A DNA stretch of 63,930 nt, filler included, from Octopus bimaculoides (GCF_001194135.2; 6 parts of 6 records of this genome joined end to end with filler, not necessarily neighbours in it); one strand, 5' to 3'; counted from the first letter of the whole stretch, positions 26,091 through 39,957 are shown. A program made the numbers and translations. The notes: generated by a model not told the origin, from the letters alone.

Positions 26091-26519
26091 TCAGTAGCTG
26101 TCGAATACGTGCAACTTTTGTATACTGTAAAAACAAATCAAAACAAACGAGAGTACATGAAGAAATCTCTCAAAACAAAAACTAGTTTAATAATCATTAG
26201 TTGCTACGAAATATATTCATCTAACGTAGGAATCCGAGAGCCATTAAGTGGACATACGAGATGGTAGAAATAGCAGCAGAAACTCCCATTCATCACAGTA
26301 CTCAGTCTTAGAGAAAGGATATGTCGGAAGATGAAGCAGTCCTGGGTTGCTTGCACATCGGAAAAAGACGTGAAAAGGAAAAGGCTTTAATCATAATTCT
26401 GCTCAAGAGCTGGAATTAAACAATAAGATGGCATTAGTAGCAAGAACAGAAGACGGGGAAATTGATATTTACCAAAGATTTCCATGGCACAAAACGTTTT
26501 CTTATTAAAAATAAATTCT

Positions 26520-26729
26520 TTTTAATTTTGACCAGCAAAAAAGTGGGTGGAGATTAGTGGATTAGACCGACCCCAGATCCTAAATGGTACTCTATATTAT
26601 TGTTCCCAAAGGGGGTGAAAGTCAAAGTCGACCTCGGCAGAATTTGAACTGAGAACTTAAGTAAAGCCGGAGGAAACGCCGCAAAGCATTTTGTCTGATG
26701 CAGTGAAAATGCTGCCAGTTCGTCGCCTT
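26520..26729 (-). mobile_element. SINE-B, degenerate
   Basis: CAAAGTCGACCTCGGCAGAATTTGAACT and GCCAGTTCGTCGCCTT (head). Confidence 0.78.
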
Positions 26730-27104
26730 CCACGATCAAAAATAAGGATTGATTGAGATTTAACCCACAGACATATTCCACAAGAACAAATTAGTTAAAT
26801 CGCCGCAAACATAATGTAATTAACTAAGAAAAAAAGTTAATTAATTTTCGTTGTTTGATACACTACATTAAATAAGTTAGTGCGTAATTAAGTAAAAATT
26901 CTACAAATGCTAACAACAGGGAAATTTTTTTTTTCCTTTTTTTTTTAAAAAATTTTAATATCTTTCTCAATAATATTACTTCAGAAATTGTTTCCACTAT
27001 ACGAAGACTTCTTTGTAGAATCGATTCTTTTACTGTTGCATCATTCCAGAAACTATTCTGTTTTGCAGTTGTTTATTATAGACAACTGCAACACATGTCA
27101 AATT

Positions 27105-27382
27105 GTTTTGCTGCCGCGTATCATACCTGTATGATTCTGGAGCGCCAGTTCACACTGTTTGGCCATGTTGCTCGATTTTCCGAATTAGACCCTACTTGTC
27201 GTGTTCTCTTCGCTGACGACCCGACTGAGTACACGGCTCGTGTTGGTAAGGAGGTATCTTGAGAAGATGGGGACTGATAAAGATTCTGCTCGACGAGTCG
27301 CTCTGAAGGACCCAGGGATATACCGAGGAATTGTGAATGCAACAACGCACGGCTACAGCACATTCCTCCACATCTGACCACT
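27105..27382 (+). pseudogene. 3' fragment of an RTE/RTE-X-type LINE ORF
   Basis: Translation CMILERQFTLFGHVARFSELDPTCRVLF matches the C-terminal RQLRxFGHVARxxxxDPxxRIL pattern of RTE-group LINEs. It ends CACATCTGACC. Confidence 0.62.
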
Positions 27383-27419
27383 GCTGCCTATCTATTGTGG
27401 AAAATGTAACCTAATTAGC

Positions 27420-27459
<40 letters not shown>

Positions 27460-27868
27460 NNNNNNNNNNNNNNNNNNNNNNNNNNNNNNNNNNNNNNNNN
27501 NNNNNNNNNNNNNNNNNNNNNNNNNNNNNNNNNNNNNNNNNNNNNNNNNNNNNNNNNNNNNNNNNNNNNNNNNNNNNNNNNNNNNNNNNNNNNNNNNNNN
27601 NNNNNNNNNNNNNNNNNNNNNNNNNNNNNNNNNNNNNNNNNNNNNNNNNNNNNNNNNNNNNNNNNNNNNNNNNNNNNNNNNNNNNNNNNNNNNNNNNNNN
27701 NNNNNNNTATATATATATTGTTGTACTTGGGGATGGTCATATTGCCCTGAAAAGTCTTGAGCCTCAGAAAAACAAAACATGGTACAAGACTTCTGTTGAT
27801 TTAGTTTTCAACATAGTCCCCCTCGATGGCTGAACACTTTCTCCAGCGGTGCTGAAGCGTCATTATCC

Positions 27869-27959
27869 CGGAATTTGAACTCAGAACGTAAAGACAGACG
27901 AAATACTGCTAAGCATTTCGCGCGGCGTTGCTAACGATTCTGCCAGCTCCCCCCACCTT
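27869..27959 (-). mobile_element. SINE-B 5' (tRNA-like) fragment
   Basis: CGGAATTTGAACTCAGAACGTAAAGACAGACGAAATACTGCTAAGCATTTCG...AACGATTCTGCCAGCTC. Confidence 0.85.
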
Positions 27960-27980
27960 TCTTTCACTTAATATTCAGAG

Positions 27981-28071
27981 CAGCGCTTCCCAACTTTTTC
28001 ACTACCACGGACCCCTAGTACTACCATTGCGGACTACGAGGGGTCCGCGAACCACAAGTTAGGAACCACTG
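27981..28071. mobile_element. 91-bp hAT (Charlie-like) MITE
   Basis: TIRs CAGCGCTTCCCAACT / reverse complement CAGTGGTTCCTAACT. Inner inverted pair CGGACCCCT / AGGGGTCCG. Imperfect 8-bp TSD ATTCAGAG (27973-27980) versus AATTAGAG (28072-28079). Confidence 0.75.
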
Positions 28072-28427
28072 AATTAGAGAGTGAGAAAGGATCACTGCCA
28101 GATGATCGACCAGGCATCGGAAGGCAATTAAACGAAACAATAAAGAAATATCTTCTGTATTCTTTCCTTGTTGGATCTGCGTATATTACTGGTATCTTCA
28201 TCGAAATAGATAATCCATGGGAATTAGGGAGGAACATCAATAACAATGTCTCTTACATTTTTTTCTATTAAACAGCAGATGGAACCGTAGAAACCATATA
28301 AATATAAACGTATATATATATAGGCTTATATACACTCACAGTGGTTGTTGTCTATTAAGAACAATGTTCTTCTTATTCTGATCGAGTGTAACTGCTGAAG
28401 TTGATGCGGATGTTGTAGCTACGGTCA

Positions 28428-28428
28428 C

Positions 28429-28467
<39 letters not shown>

Positions 28468-28635
28468 GGTGGTGGTGGTGGTGGTGTTTGTTGTTCTTGC
28501 AATTGTATTTGTTGTTGATTCTGTTACTACTGAAATGGGAAATTCCAGTTTCTGCTGNNNNNNNNNNNNNNNNNNNNNNNNNNNNNNNNNNNNNNNNNNN
28601 NNNNNNNNNNNNNNNNNNNNNNNNNNNNNCTGCTT

Positions 28636-28718
<83 letters not shown>

Positions 28719-28945
28719 ACTACTGCTACTACTACTGTAATTTTTAAACAGACGGTTTCTTTGTTTCAGTTGAATTTTCCAGGGTTATTTAAAAATAAAA
28801 CAAAACACACACACACACACATACACACACACACATACACACACACACACACCCACTATGGTAACAAAACATGCACGCACACGTCTTTGTGTACATACGT
28901 ACATACATTCACAACACACACGCACATACACAAACACACACAAAT

Positions 28946-28976
<31 letters not shown>

Positions 28977-29135
28977 ACACATAGACACACACACTACACA
29001 CTACACACTACACACACTACATACACACACACTATGGTAACAATGCGCACACGTTTTTGCGTACATACATACATACATACACACACACATAGTGATCGCG
29101 CTTATACACATACACGTACACACACACATGCACAC
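28428..29135. repeat. (GTA)/(GGT)/(CTA)/(CTG)n and (CA)n microsatellite field
   Basis: Directly visible. Confidence 0.9.
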
Positions 29136-30579
29136 ACAAACGCCCAGTGTTGTGTTCTTTAATTAGCCGGGTATGTTTGGAGGTGAATGATCTTTATTTC
29201 CCTAACCCCTCNNNNNNNNNNNNNNNNNNNNNNNNNNNNNNNNNNNNNNNNNNNNNNNNNNNNNNNNNNNNNNNNNNNNNNNNNNNNNNNNNNNNNNNNN
29301 NNNNNNNNNNNNNNNNNNNNNNNNNNNNNNNNNNNNNNNNNNNNNNNNNNNNNNNNNNNNNNNNNNNNNNNNNNNNNNNNNNNNNNNNNNNNNNNNNNNN
29401 NNNNNNNNNNNNNNNNNNNNNNNNNNNNNNNNNNNNNNNNNNNNNNNNNNNNNNNNNNNNNNNNNNNNNNNNNNNNNNNNNNNNNNNNNNNNNNNNNNNN
29501 NNNNNNNNNNNNNNNNNNNNNNNNNNNNNNNNNNNNNNNNNNNNNNNNNNNNNNNNNNNNNNNNNNNNNNNNNNNNNNNNNNNNNNNNNNNNNNNNNNNN
29601 NNNNNNNNNNNNNNNNNNNNNNNNNNNNNNNNNNNNNNNNNNNNNNNNNNNNNNNNNNNNNNNNNNNNNNNNNNNNNNNNNNNNNNNNNNNNNNNNNNNN
29701 NNNNNNNNNNNNNNNNNNNNNNNNNNNNNNNNNNNNNNNNNNNNNNNNNNNNNNNNNNNNNNNNNNNNNNNNNNNNNNNNNNNNNNNNNNNNNNNNNNNN
29801 NNNNNNNNNNNNNNNNNNNNNNNNNNNNNNNNNNNNNNNNNNNNNNNNNNNNNNNNNNNNNNNNNNNNNNNNNNNNNNNNNNNNNNNNNNNNNNNNNNNN
29901 NNNNNNNNNNNNNNNNNNNNNNNNNNNNNNNNNCCTGCTTTTTCTCGTTGCTCCCTCTTTCTGTTCCCACTCTATATCCCCAATCTCTCTTTCTCTCACC
30001 CTGTCTCTCACCCTCTCTCTCTCTCTCCCTCTCTCTCTCTCTTTGCCCGCTTGCTCTCGTTGGTCCCTCTCTCTGTTCCCACTCTGTTTCTCTGATCCCG
30101 CTCTCTTTCTATGCCTTCTTTCTACCCTTTCTCCCTTCCTCCCTACATTCTCTCTTTCTCTGCTCTCTTTCTTTACTCTCGCTTCTCTCTTTCTACATTT
30201 TCTTCTCTCCCTCTCTCTCCCTTTCCTTTTCCATTTCCCCTCTATTTCTAGCTCTTTCTCTATTCCTCACGGTACCCCAACCCCTTCTTTTCTCCTCTCA
30301 CCCGCTTGTTCCCTTTTTCTGAGGCCAAAATATGGCGTGAGAAAGACAGAAAGGCAAGATAAGGGAGAACAAAAGAGAAAACAGAGGAAGTGAAGCAGTG
30401 AAAGATACACCAATAAAGAGAGAGAGAGAGGGAGAGAGAGGGGGGGAAGAGAGCGTGAAAAAGAGCAGAAGAGACTACCTCAGTGTTTCTCTTGCGTACC
30501 ACACTCTCTTTCTTTCTTTCATGTCTTTCTGTATTTATCTGATGGTACTTCTCCCTTTCTCTCTTCTTCTCAACTCACT

Positions 30580-31045
30580 TACTTTCTTCTTCTTCTTCTC
30601 CTCCTTCTCCTTCTCCTTCTTCTTCTCCTTCTTCTTCTTCTTCTTCTTCTTCTTCTTCTTCTTCTTCTTTCTCCTTCTACTCCTTCTCCTTCTTCTTCTT
30701 CTTCTTCTTCTTCTTTTCCTTCTTCTTCTTCTTCTTCTTCTCCTTCTTTTCCTTCTTCTTCTTCTTCTTCTTCTTCTTCTTCTTTTCCTTCTTCTTCTTC
30801 TTCTTCTTCTTCTTCTTCTCCTTTTCCTTCTTCTTCTTCTTCTTCTTCTCCTCCTCCTTCTTCTTCTCCTTCTTCTTCTTCTTCTTCTTCTTCTTCTTCT
30901 TCTTCTTCTTCTTCTTCTTCTTCTTCTTCTTCTTCTTCTTCTTCTTCTTCTTCTTCTCCTTCTTTTTCTTCTCCTTCTCCTTCTTCTTCTTCTTCTTCTT
31001 CTTCTTCTTCTTCTTCTTCTTCTTCTTCTTCTTCTCCTCCTCCTC
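30580..31045. repeat. Long interrupted (TTC)n/(GAA)n tract inside a ~1.3-kb, mostly polypyrimidine region
   Basis: Directly visible. It explains the poly-L/poly-R ORFs. Confidence 0.97.
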
Positions 31046-32307
31046 ATATCACCTTACTCTCTCTCTCTCCTTGTCTTCCTCTCTTTTTTCATCACCTTAC
31101 ACTCTCTATCTCCCTCTCTTCCACTCACCACTCCTCTCTCTCTCTCTCTCTCTATGCTTCTCTCTCCTGACTCTTTCCCATGTTCTATCATTTTCTCTCT
31201 TCCAGTTATAATTATGCTTCTGACTGTTGTTGCAGCTGCTGCTGATGTCTTGTTGTTGTTGTTGTTGTTGTTACGTTGCTGTTCAACCGCCTCAGATTAT
31301 CTCTGATTGTACGGACCAAAAGCCTTGCAGCTGTGATCAAACCATATAGCTTATTTTTGTTCTTGTTTTTACAACCACAGTATACCTAGGACTACATCAT
31401 CCAATGGGTTCTTCTCTCTTCAAAAGATGGTAGGTTGTGAAATGATGGCGAATTAGCGATGGTTTTGTTTCAGATTTATTTCCTGTGCCAATATTCATAG
31501 ATTTTTTTTTCTTTTTTTGTTCTCTCTCTCTTTCTCTTTTTCTTTTACCAATTTGTCATTGAGAATCATATCTGTCGTACTTTCAGAACTGCCAAGGTTC
31601 TTTCATGCATTTGATTCAATATTTACAAATAACACGGAAAAAAATATAAATAGTTACCAGGTTAGCAAAAATTCACACAAGTACCGAGGATGTAACAGCC
31701 TACTTATAAAGGTAGAAATTCCAGGTTTAGGTGAAATGTTTTTGATTAACATAGATAAATAAATAAATAGAGTTAAGTGCAGGTGTTACTTAAATCTTTA
31801 TACTTCCGACGTATGTTTCGAACAAGACATTGGTATTAATCCAGAAGGAATAAAATGATGTAAAACAATGCACTCTTCTCATCAAGGAAAAAAAGGGAAA
31901 CAAATGACATCAATAAGACATTTAAACCGAATGTGATTAACTCCNNNNNNNNNNNNNNNNNNNNNNNNNNNNNNNNNNNNNNNNNNNNNNNNNNNNNNNN
32001 NNNNNNNNNNNNNNNNNNNNNNNNNNNNNNNNNNNNNNNNNNNNNNNNNNNNNNNNNNNNNNNNNNNNNNNNNNNNNNNNNNNNNNNNNNNNNNNNNNNN
32101 NNNNNNNNNNNNNNNNNNNNNNNNNNNNNNNNNNNNNNNNNNNNNNNNNNNNNNNNNNNNNNNNNNNNNNNNNNNNNNNNNNNNNNNNNNNNNNNNNNNN
32201 NNNNNNNNNNNNNNNNNNNNNNNNNNNNNNNNNNNNNNNNNNNNNNNNNNNNNNNNNNNNNNNNNNNNNNNNNNNNNNNNNNNNNNNNNNNNNNNNNNNN
32301 NNNNNNN

Positions 32308-32338
<31 letters not shown>

Positions 32339-32339
<1 letters not shown>

Positions 32340-32560
32340 GAGAGGGTGGCCAAATGTTCCTGGGTTTAACGGTATCGCAGAAAGCCTGCTTCAAGACCCA
32401 ACCATTCGAGTTCTTTTACAGGGCTTAGAAAAAACTGAAAGACTGCTGCAATAGTGTGTGAATCTGAGAGGGGAATATGTTGAATAAAATCATAATTAAC
32501 TGATCCTCTTGTATTTTCTTTTACTCAAAGCAAAGAACGATTCAGCACGCCCCTTGGATA
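32339..32560 (+). mobile_element. Internally deleted mariner derivative (MITE-sized)
   Basis: Starts TA|CGAGAGGGTGG. Contains a transposase C-terminus remnant EFFYRA*KKLKDCCN/CVNLRGEYVE*. The right end reverse complement, CCAAGGGGCGTGCTGAATCGTTC, is a degenerate TIR. Confidence 0.65.
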
Positions 32561-33166
32561 GTGACATAATTAATTCTTGGAAAAAAAGTAGGAAAATAAA
32601 TAAACATGAAAAAATATCATGCAAAAGCTACAATATAAAGAAAAAAACACACAAAAACACAACATAGCAACGTTGGAGACGGCGATGGTAAACCGGAAAC
32701 AGAAAAAAATTTGGGAGAATACAAATAATGAAGGTGACTATCAACATGGCGGAGATAACTGTTGTTGGTAGAGCGGCTTTGTTTATATTGGAAGAAGCAA
32801 AAAGATAAAGGTTTGAAGTAATTAGTGAACTTGAAATGATTAGAGAAATAGTCAGATAAATCAGAAAACGACAGGGCTGGCTTCACCATTTTTTTTTTCA
32901 CTCACAGGAAATATTAACAAAATAAACAAACTTAAAGACTTCTTTTTCTATTCTGTTTCTACGTTACTATTACTACTGTTATGGATGGTTTTGAAGTTTG
33001 TTTCCCTTTTTATCTGCCGTTCATCTTTTTGCGTAATTGTATGTATATAATGTGTAAATGAGTGTATACATACTATGTATGTATGTATGTATGTATGTAT
33101 GTACGTATGTATGTATGTATGTATGTGTTTATGTATGTATGTGTATGTACAAGTATATATATATAT

Positions 33167-33435
33167 ATTCTTTTATTCTTTTACTTGTTTCAGTCATTTG
33201 ACTGCGGCCATGCTGGAGCACCGCCTTTAGTCGAGCGAATCGACACCACGACTTATTTTTTTTAAGCCTAGTACTTATTCTATCGGTCTCTTTTGCCGAG
33301 GCGCTAGGCTACGGGGACGTAAAAACACCATCATCGGTTGTTAAGGGATGTTGGTGGACAAACACACACACGACGTTTATATACGACGTGCTTCTTGCAG
33401 TTTCCGTCTACCAAATCAACTCACAAGGCTTTTGG
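33167..33435 (-). mobile_element. SINE-A, head truncated
   Basis: TTTCAGTCATTTGACTGCGGCCATGCTGGAGCACCGCCTTTAGTCGAGCGAATCGAC...TTTCCGTCTACCAAATCAACTCACAAGGC. Confidence 0.9.
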
Positions 33436-33644
33436 AACATCACTGGTGCCGAGCTGTATTGGCCTTTGCCTTTCCCTTGGATAACATTAGTGGTGTGGCG
33501 AGGTGAGGCTGGTCTTCCAAAAACGTTGCCCGGACTTCTGTCTCGGAGGGTAACTTTCTAGGTTCAATCCCATGGTCATTCTGGACCGAAGAGGGTCCTG
33601 TTTGCTTGTTTGTTTGTTTATATATATGCATGAATATGGATGGA

Positions 33645-33845
33645 TGTGTTTGCGTTCCCTACCGCTGCTTTAAATACGCTGTTGGTTTGTTTACGTCATC
33701 ATAACAGTTTGTTAACAGAATAAATGCTAGTCATTTAAAAGAATAACAAGTACTGCAGTCGATTTGTTTGAATAAAATTTTTTAAAGGCGTTGCTCCAGC
33801 ATGACCGTTGTCCAAAGACTAAGACAAGTAACAGATAAGACGTAA
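33645..33845 (+). mobile_element. SINE-A 3' half, old
   Basis: GTTGGTTTGTTTACGTC...GTCGATTTGTTTGAA...AAAGGCGTTGCTCCAGCATGACCG. Confidence 0.65.
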
Positions 33846-34010
33846 AAGTTAAACGATAAGCATACTTCTACAAACATGACCTGGGGTTAAAACAAATAAC
33901 CACAACAACAACAATAATACCAGGGTTAGAAATTCCTAAACCACGCTTCCTGAAACTGCTACCTTCCAACTCGACTAATCGTGTTTGTCTATATTTGAGT
34001 AAGAGACTCT

Positions 34011-34067
<57 letters not shown>

Positions 34068-34097
34068 NNNNNNNNNNNNNNNNNNNNNNNNNNNNNC

Positions 34098-34149
<52 letters not shown>

Positions 34150-35614
34150 GTTTGCCTCCAGTTCAAAGGTATCATCACACGACGAGTATATTTGAATCAC
34201 ACGGTAAGTCTGAAAATAACTTTTAGTTATCCAACATTCAACCTTCATTGAAGTAGTTTCTGTTCGCTGTCATTTGAAAAACTATATTCTTTGATAATCC
34301 AAATGTACATGACGTCTTTCAAGCTGGCCAACGGAATATTCTGCTCCAGTACTGCTCTTACGCAAGCATTTAGAGACATTCAAAGGGCATATTTGTTCCA
34401 ATGATAGCATTACTGCTCCACTGGGTTTGTTAAACTAAGCAAACAGTTTTCACAGATGAAGTGGAAAGCAACAGTTTGAGAAATATTAACTGCTAACATA
34501 AGCGTTAATATTCAAAGAAGCAAGTAAGCTGAATCAACTTTCTTCTCTCTTCTTTGCCGATAAATACAAATACACATAGAGAAAATGTATAAACGAACGT
34601 ATAGCGATATTAGAAGAGACGGAGAGAAAGAGAGAACGACACACACAATTTACACGCGCACACATATACAAGCACCCAGCTATAGTCTTGCTTTACGTCG
34701 TTTAATCCTACAGACGTGTATCTTACGGCGATGATAACTACTCAACTTTGTAATTTGACTAGATCTGAACACTGTAGCACGATATCTTACACACAACTAC
34801 ACACAGATACATGTACACACACACGCACGCACACATCCACACAGGTTCATGCAAACATACACAGACGCATGTGTGTGTATGTATATGTATATGTGTATAT
34901 ATATATATGTNNNNNNNNNNNNNNNNNNNNNNNNNNNNNNNNNNNNNNNNNNNNNNNNNNNNNNNNNNNNNNNNNNNNNNNNNNNNNNNNNNNNNNNNNN
35001 NNNNNNNNNNNNNNNNNNNNNNNNNNNNNNNNNNNNNNNNNNNNNNNNNNNNNNNNNNNNNNNNNNNNNNNNNNNNNNNNNNNNNNNNNNNNNNNNNNNN
35101 NNNNNNNNNNNNNNNNNNNNNNNNNNNNNNNNNNNNNNNNNNNNNNNNNNNNNNNATTCATATTATATATATATGTATATATATACATACACACACGGAC
35201 ACACGGACGGACACACTGTCTCACACACACATCTATAGATATACATATTCTGAGAGATATTGTTTCCATTATATACTTAGATACATACATACACACACAC
35301 ATATATACGTGTGTGTGTGCGTGTGTGTTTGTGCATAAATATCTGTATTTCTATATAGGTGTATTTGTGTATGCATATATATGTATAAATACGTACGGAG
35401 ACACACGCACACATACACATATATATAATCATTTAGATATTTCAATGTATTTATGCATATACGTATGCGCATCTATATACTAATTCGTTATTTATACATT
35501 CGTATATATAAACCAAGGATATATATACGAGAGTCGACTGTGTTAATATGCGATTATCAGTATTATATACATAAAAATACACACACACATACATACATAC
35601 ATGCATACATACAT

Positions 35615-35699
35615 TTCTTCTACTATAGCCTCGGGCCAACCAAAGCCTTGCGACAGGATTTGGCAGACGAAAACAGAAAGAAGTCCGCTGTATATATAT
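35615..35699 (+). mobile_element. SINE-A internal fragment
   Basis: TCTTCTACTATAGCCTCGGGCCAACCAAAGCCTTGCGACAGGATTTGGCAGACG. Confidence 0.85.
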
Positions 35700-36559
35700 N
35701 NNNNNNNNNNNNNNNNNNNNNNNNNNNNNNNNNNNNNNNNNNNNNNNNNNNNNNNNNNNNNNNNNNNNNNNNNNNNNNNNNNNNNNNNNNNNNNNNNNNN
35801 ATATATATATATATATATACATATATATGGGTGAGAGAGAGAAGTCACTAAAGTGACAGAGCGTACTAAGTAGTAACGGAATTGCTGGAAATAAGAGTCA
35901 AACCGACTCACTAGCCACAAGAGACCTGACATGACAGATAAGCTCCCTTTGCAGACATAACCATGTCACAGGATATTTCGAATTTTGATACAGAGCATCT
36001 CAATTCTCATCATTGGATCTACGTAAGGAATTCTTCGGTGAAGATTTTGTATATTTTAAATAATTAACAGGGAAGACAGTATACAGTAAGCTATATTTAG
36101 CACGACTATTGTTTCGGCTTACATCTGCACAGCTCTCTAGTGACTGGGGAACGATATAACTGAATCGAATGTATCCCACAGTGCAGAAGAAACCTCATCA
36201 GGTTACAAATTACCTTACTATATTATGATATGCACATTTCGCTGATCTGTGTGGCAGAATGGTGCTGGGATGATGCGTGCGTTTATAGTCGTTCACAAAT
36301 CCATTAATATAAACACACGCATCATACCAACATAAAGTAGCGAAATGTACATATTATAACACTGTAACGTATTATGTAACCTGATGAGGTTTCTTCTGCC
36401 CTGTGGGGTGCATTCGATTGCATTATATTGTTTTCCATCCACGAGGGAACAGTGCAGAATAAGACAAAACGATTGTGTTAAATAAAGCTTCTCTACTTCC
36501 GTATCAATTATTTTAAATATGTGTGGTTTGTGTGTGTGTATGTGTTTGTGTGAGTTTGC

Positions 36560-36785
36560 ATCTGTTTTGTTTCCCTCCACCAGTTGAGAACCGGTCTTGG
36601 TGTCTTTATGTTCTCGTAACTTAGTGGTTCGGCAAATGTTACTGAACAAATGAATAAATATTAAGCTTTAAAAAGAGGAAAAAATGGGTCCATCCTTTCG
36701 ATTAAAATTCTTGAAGAAGGTACACCAGCATGGGGGCACTCCAGTGACTGAAGCAATCAGAAGAATAAAAAAAATAAAAGAAAGC
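36560..36785 (+). mobile_element. SINE-A 3' half, old
   Basis: GTAACTTAGTGGTTCGGCAAA...GAAGGTACACCAGCATGG...GTGACTGAAGCAA. Confidence 0.6.
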
Positions 36786-37324
36786 ATATACTCATACATA
36801 CATACATACATACATACATACATACATACATACATGCCTACGTACAAACATGCATATATGGACATGAATATATACACACACACACATATATATATATATA
36901 TATGGACATAAATATATACATACATACTTATACACACAGACACACATATACACGCATATAAATACACATATATATGCACCCATAAATGTGTGTATATATG
37001 CATATCTACTACAGGCTTCCACTCAGGTTTCGGTTACCGAATTCATAGACAAATGATTGGATCTTTCATAATCAAAACGTGATGAGTTCAAAGACATAAT
37101 TTGAATCGGTATAGGGTATCGATTTAAATAATTAAATGAACGAATGTAGCTAAAATATAATTTTGTGCATAACACTTTATAATTAATTAGAATTTCAGTG
37201 GCTGCATGTTGGAAAATATAATGAATAACCTGGTGAGAGATGTTTTTAACATCCCAAGGAAATAAGTTAAAGAATTAAAATTCAAACTCTGAGGGTGAGA
37301 AGTTTCCTTCCCAACCAACCCACT

Positions 37325-37455
37325 CGGTGCCGGGCTCAGTTTCAATATGTGGCACCTTGACTAAGTGTCCTCTACTATAACTTCGTCCAACTACAGGATT
37401 AATGGTGTAGATTTTGGATTTCGTACTCGGAAACAGAAAGGACCCGTCGTATACA
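37325..37455 (+). mobile_element. SINE-A 5' fragment, old
   Basis: GTGGCACCTTGACTAAGTGTCCTCTACTATAAC...GGAAACAGAAAGGACCCGTCGTATA. Confidence 0.68.
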
Positions 37456-37859
37456 TACATACATACTTATACACACACACACACACACACACACACGAGC
37501 ACACACACATACACACACACACACACACGAGCACACACACGAGCACACACACGAGCACACACACATACACACACATATCGAAAACAATAATTGAACAGAT
37601 GGACGACAAAGCAACAAACGGAAAATGCACACACGAGACATGAACATACTCTACCCTCGTCAGTTATCGTCCAAAAATCATTACAATTTCACGCCTTTCA
37701 TAATAACATTGTTCATTTTGGTGGCGTCAACAGCAAATGGCTGCTGAGAATAAATAAGCGAACGTGAAAGACAATCACAACACCAAACAAGACACGGTAG
37801 TTGGTACGAATATAAATATACAAATAAAATAAAAGCTGTACGGGTCTGAGAGACAATGA

Positions 37860-38100
37860 TGGACAAGAACCGGTAAGTTACGGGGACGGAAACGAACCAA
37901 CAACCGGCGGTGGGGACAAACACACACACACATACACACACACACAAACATAGTTTCGTAGTACGGCAAAATATATCGATATGATAAATACCAGACTTTG
38001 AAAACAAAAAAAAACATTCAGTCGTCGGTTCATTCGACTTAAAATTGTTCAAGGTGGTGCCCCAGCATGGCCGCAGTCTAATGACTGAAAGCACATAAAA
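37860..38100. mobile_element. Two SINE-A fragments joined in opposite orientations
   Basis: TAAGTTACGGGGACG...GGTGGGGACAAACAC (minus), followed after (CA)n by CGGCAAAA...TTCGACT...AAGGTGGTGCCCCAGCATGGCCGCAGTCTAATGACTGAAA (plus). Confidence 0.6.
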
Positions 38101-38523
38101 GATAAAACATAAAACGTAAAAGATAAAATGAAACTCATAAAGTTACGACGAAGGAATCACTGAGATTCGATTCAGAGGGGAAGAGCAACGATGTCTCTAT
38201 CATCGTGTTGTACGAGAAAAATGTGCTTGGAGTATTTATGTCAATGTTGAAATTTCCTGAATCTACGAGAGAAACGTCTGAAGTTTGGCATATGAAAATT
38301 TAATTAGTGAAGCTGCCTAATTGAATCGCAACCTAAATGTGTGACCATTTGAGGCCTCATAAAGAGGAGAGCATCTTGTAGAATTGGACGTTGAATATTC
38401 GCTAAGTAGTCTGTCACAGCGGTGTGTCTTGTCACAGCTGACATCAGGTCGTCGTACATTCAATATAATTAATTAGTTTCAGCGCCCACATCACCTGCGT
38501 ATGTGTGTATGTGTGCATATGTT

Positions 38524-38573
<50 letters not shown>

Positions 38574-38965
38574 TATATATACACACACGCGCACGCGCAC
38601 GCGCACGCGCACGCGCATATATATATATATATATGAATGTATATATGAATGTATATATACATGCATAATAACATGATAAATCATATGTATATGTATATAG
38701 ACACACATATATATATATGTATTATTTATCGCGTTAAGGTTATTGTTATCGTTGTTGTTGTTATTACTGTTGTTGTCGTTGTTGCTGTTGTTTTTATTTG
38801 AACTGAAAGGTAAATTATTTACCAGAAGTATTTGCATCTTCGATTCGTTGACGGTTCGCAAGTTGTAATAAGGAAATTTGTTCGTGAGTAATTCAATATT
38901 GAGAACAGAACCGTAGGTGACTGTAGAAAGAGTATAGTGAAATAGGCTTGGGAAACAGTGTATTC

Positions 38966-38998
38966 GACATTTCGGATAATGTACTTCTTCAGGGTACA
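38966..38998 (-). ncRNA. Degenerate hammerhead-like motif, probably in a Penelope-like pseudo-LTR fragment
   Basis: Minus strand TGTACC-CTGAAGA-AGTACATTATCC-GAAA-TGTC. The core is intact and stem II is poorly paired. Confidence 0.35.
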
Positions 38999-39149
38999 AA
39001 TGACAGCAAGTTAATGAAAGAAAATAATTTTACACCGTCCATGCTTTTAGAAACTTAATGAACTTTGTACATATATATATACATACATATATATATATAT
39101 ATACATATATAATATATATCTATAAATATATTTACACACATATATATAC

Positions 39150-39194
<45 letters not shown>

Positions 39195-39526
39195 NNNNNN
39201 NNNNNNNNNNNNNNNNNNNNNNNNNNNNNNNNNNNNNNNNNNNNNNNNNNNNNNNNNNNNNNNNNNNNNNNNNNNNNNNNNNNNNNNNNNNNNNNNNNNN
39301 NNNNNNNNNNNNNNNNNNNNNNNNNNNNNNNNNNNNNNNNNNNNNNNNNNNNNNNNNNNNNNNNNNNNNNNNNNNNNNNNNNNNNNNNNNNNNNNNNNNN
39401 NNNNNNNNNNNNNNNNNNNNNNNNNNNNNNNNNNNNNNNNNNNNNNNNNNNNNNNNNNNNNNNNNNNNNNNNNNNNNNNNNNNNNNNNNTTTTCTATTTA
39501 ATTATGTATACATTTGTATATAAATG

Positions 39527-39586
<60 letters not shown>

Positions 39587-39957
39587 TAGTGAGACAGACA
39601 GAAAGAGAGAGAAACATAGATACGTACGCACATACACATGCATATATACATACATGTGTGTGTGTGTGTGTGTATAGTTTTGGGTGTAAGAATTTAGAAA
39701 CTTAACGAGGCGTAAAATACATCATTTCTATTGATGGAACCTGAAGCAGATAGATCAATAAATAATTTCGTGTAAATATTTGGGCAAGATAAAATAATTC
39801 AAAATAATATTTAATCATGTAACATAAATTTTACATGATTACATATGACCGTTACAACTCATATGTGGATAACCGAGTGTCAAAAATTTGAAATTTTGAT
39901 CAAGGGTGTCCTTGTAATAAGTAGAGATATACAAAAGTAATTGATGATGATGATAGT

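Noticed and set aside
30398-31306. 302-aa hydrophobic ORF resembling a membrane protein
   Set aside because: It is purely a product of the (TTC)n tract.
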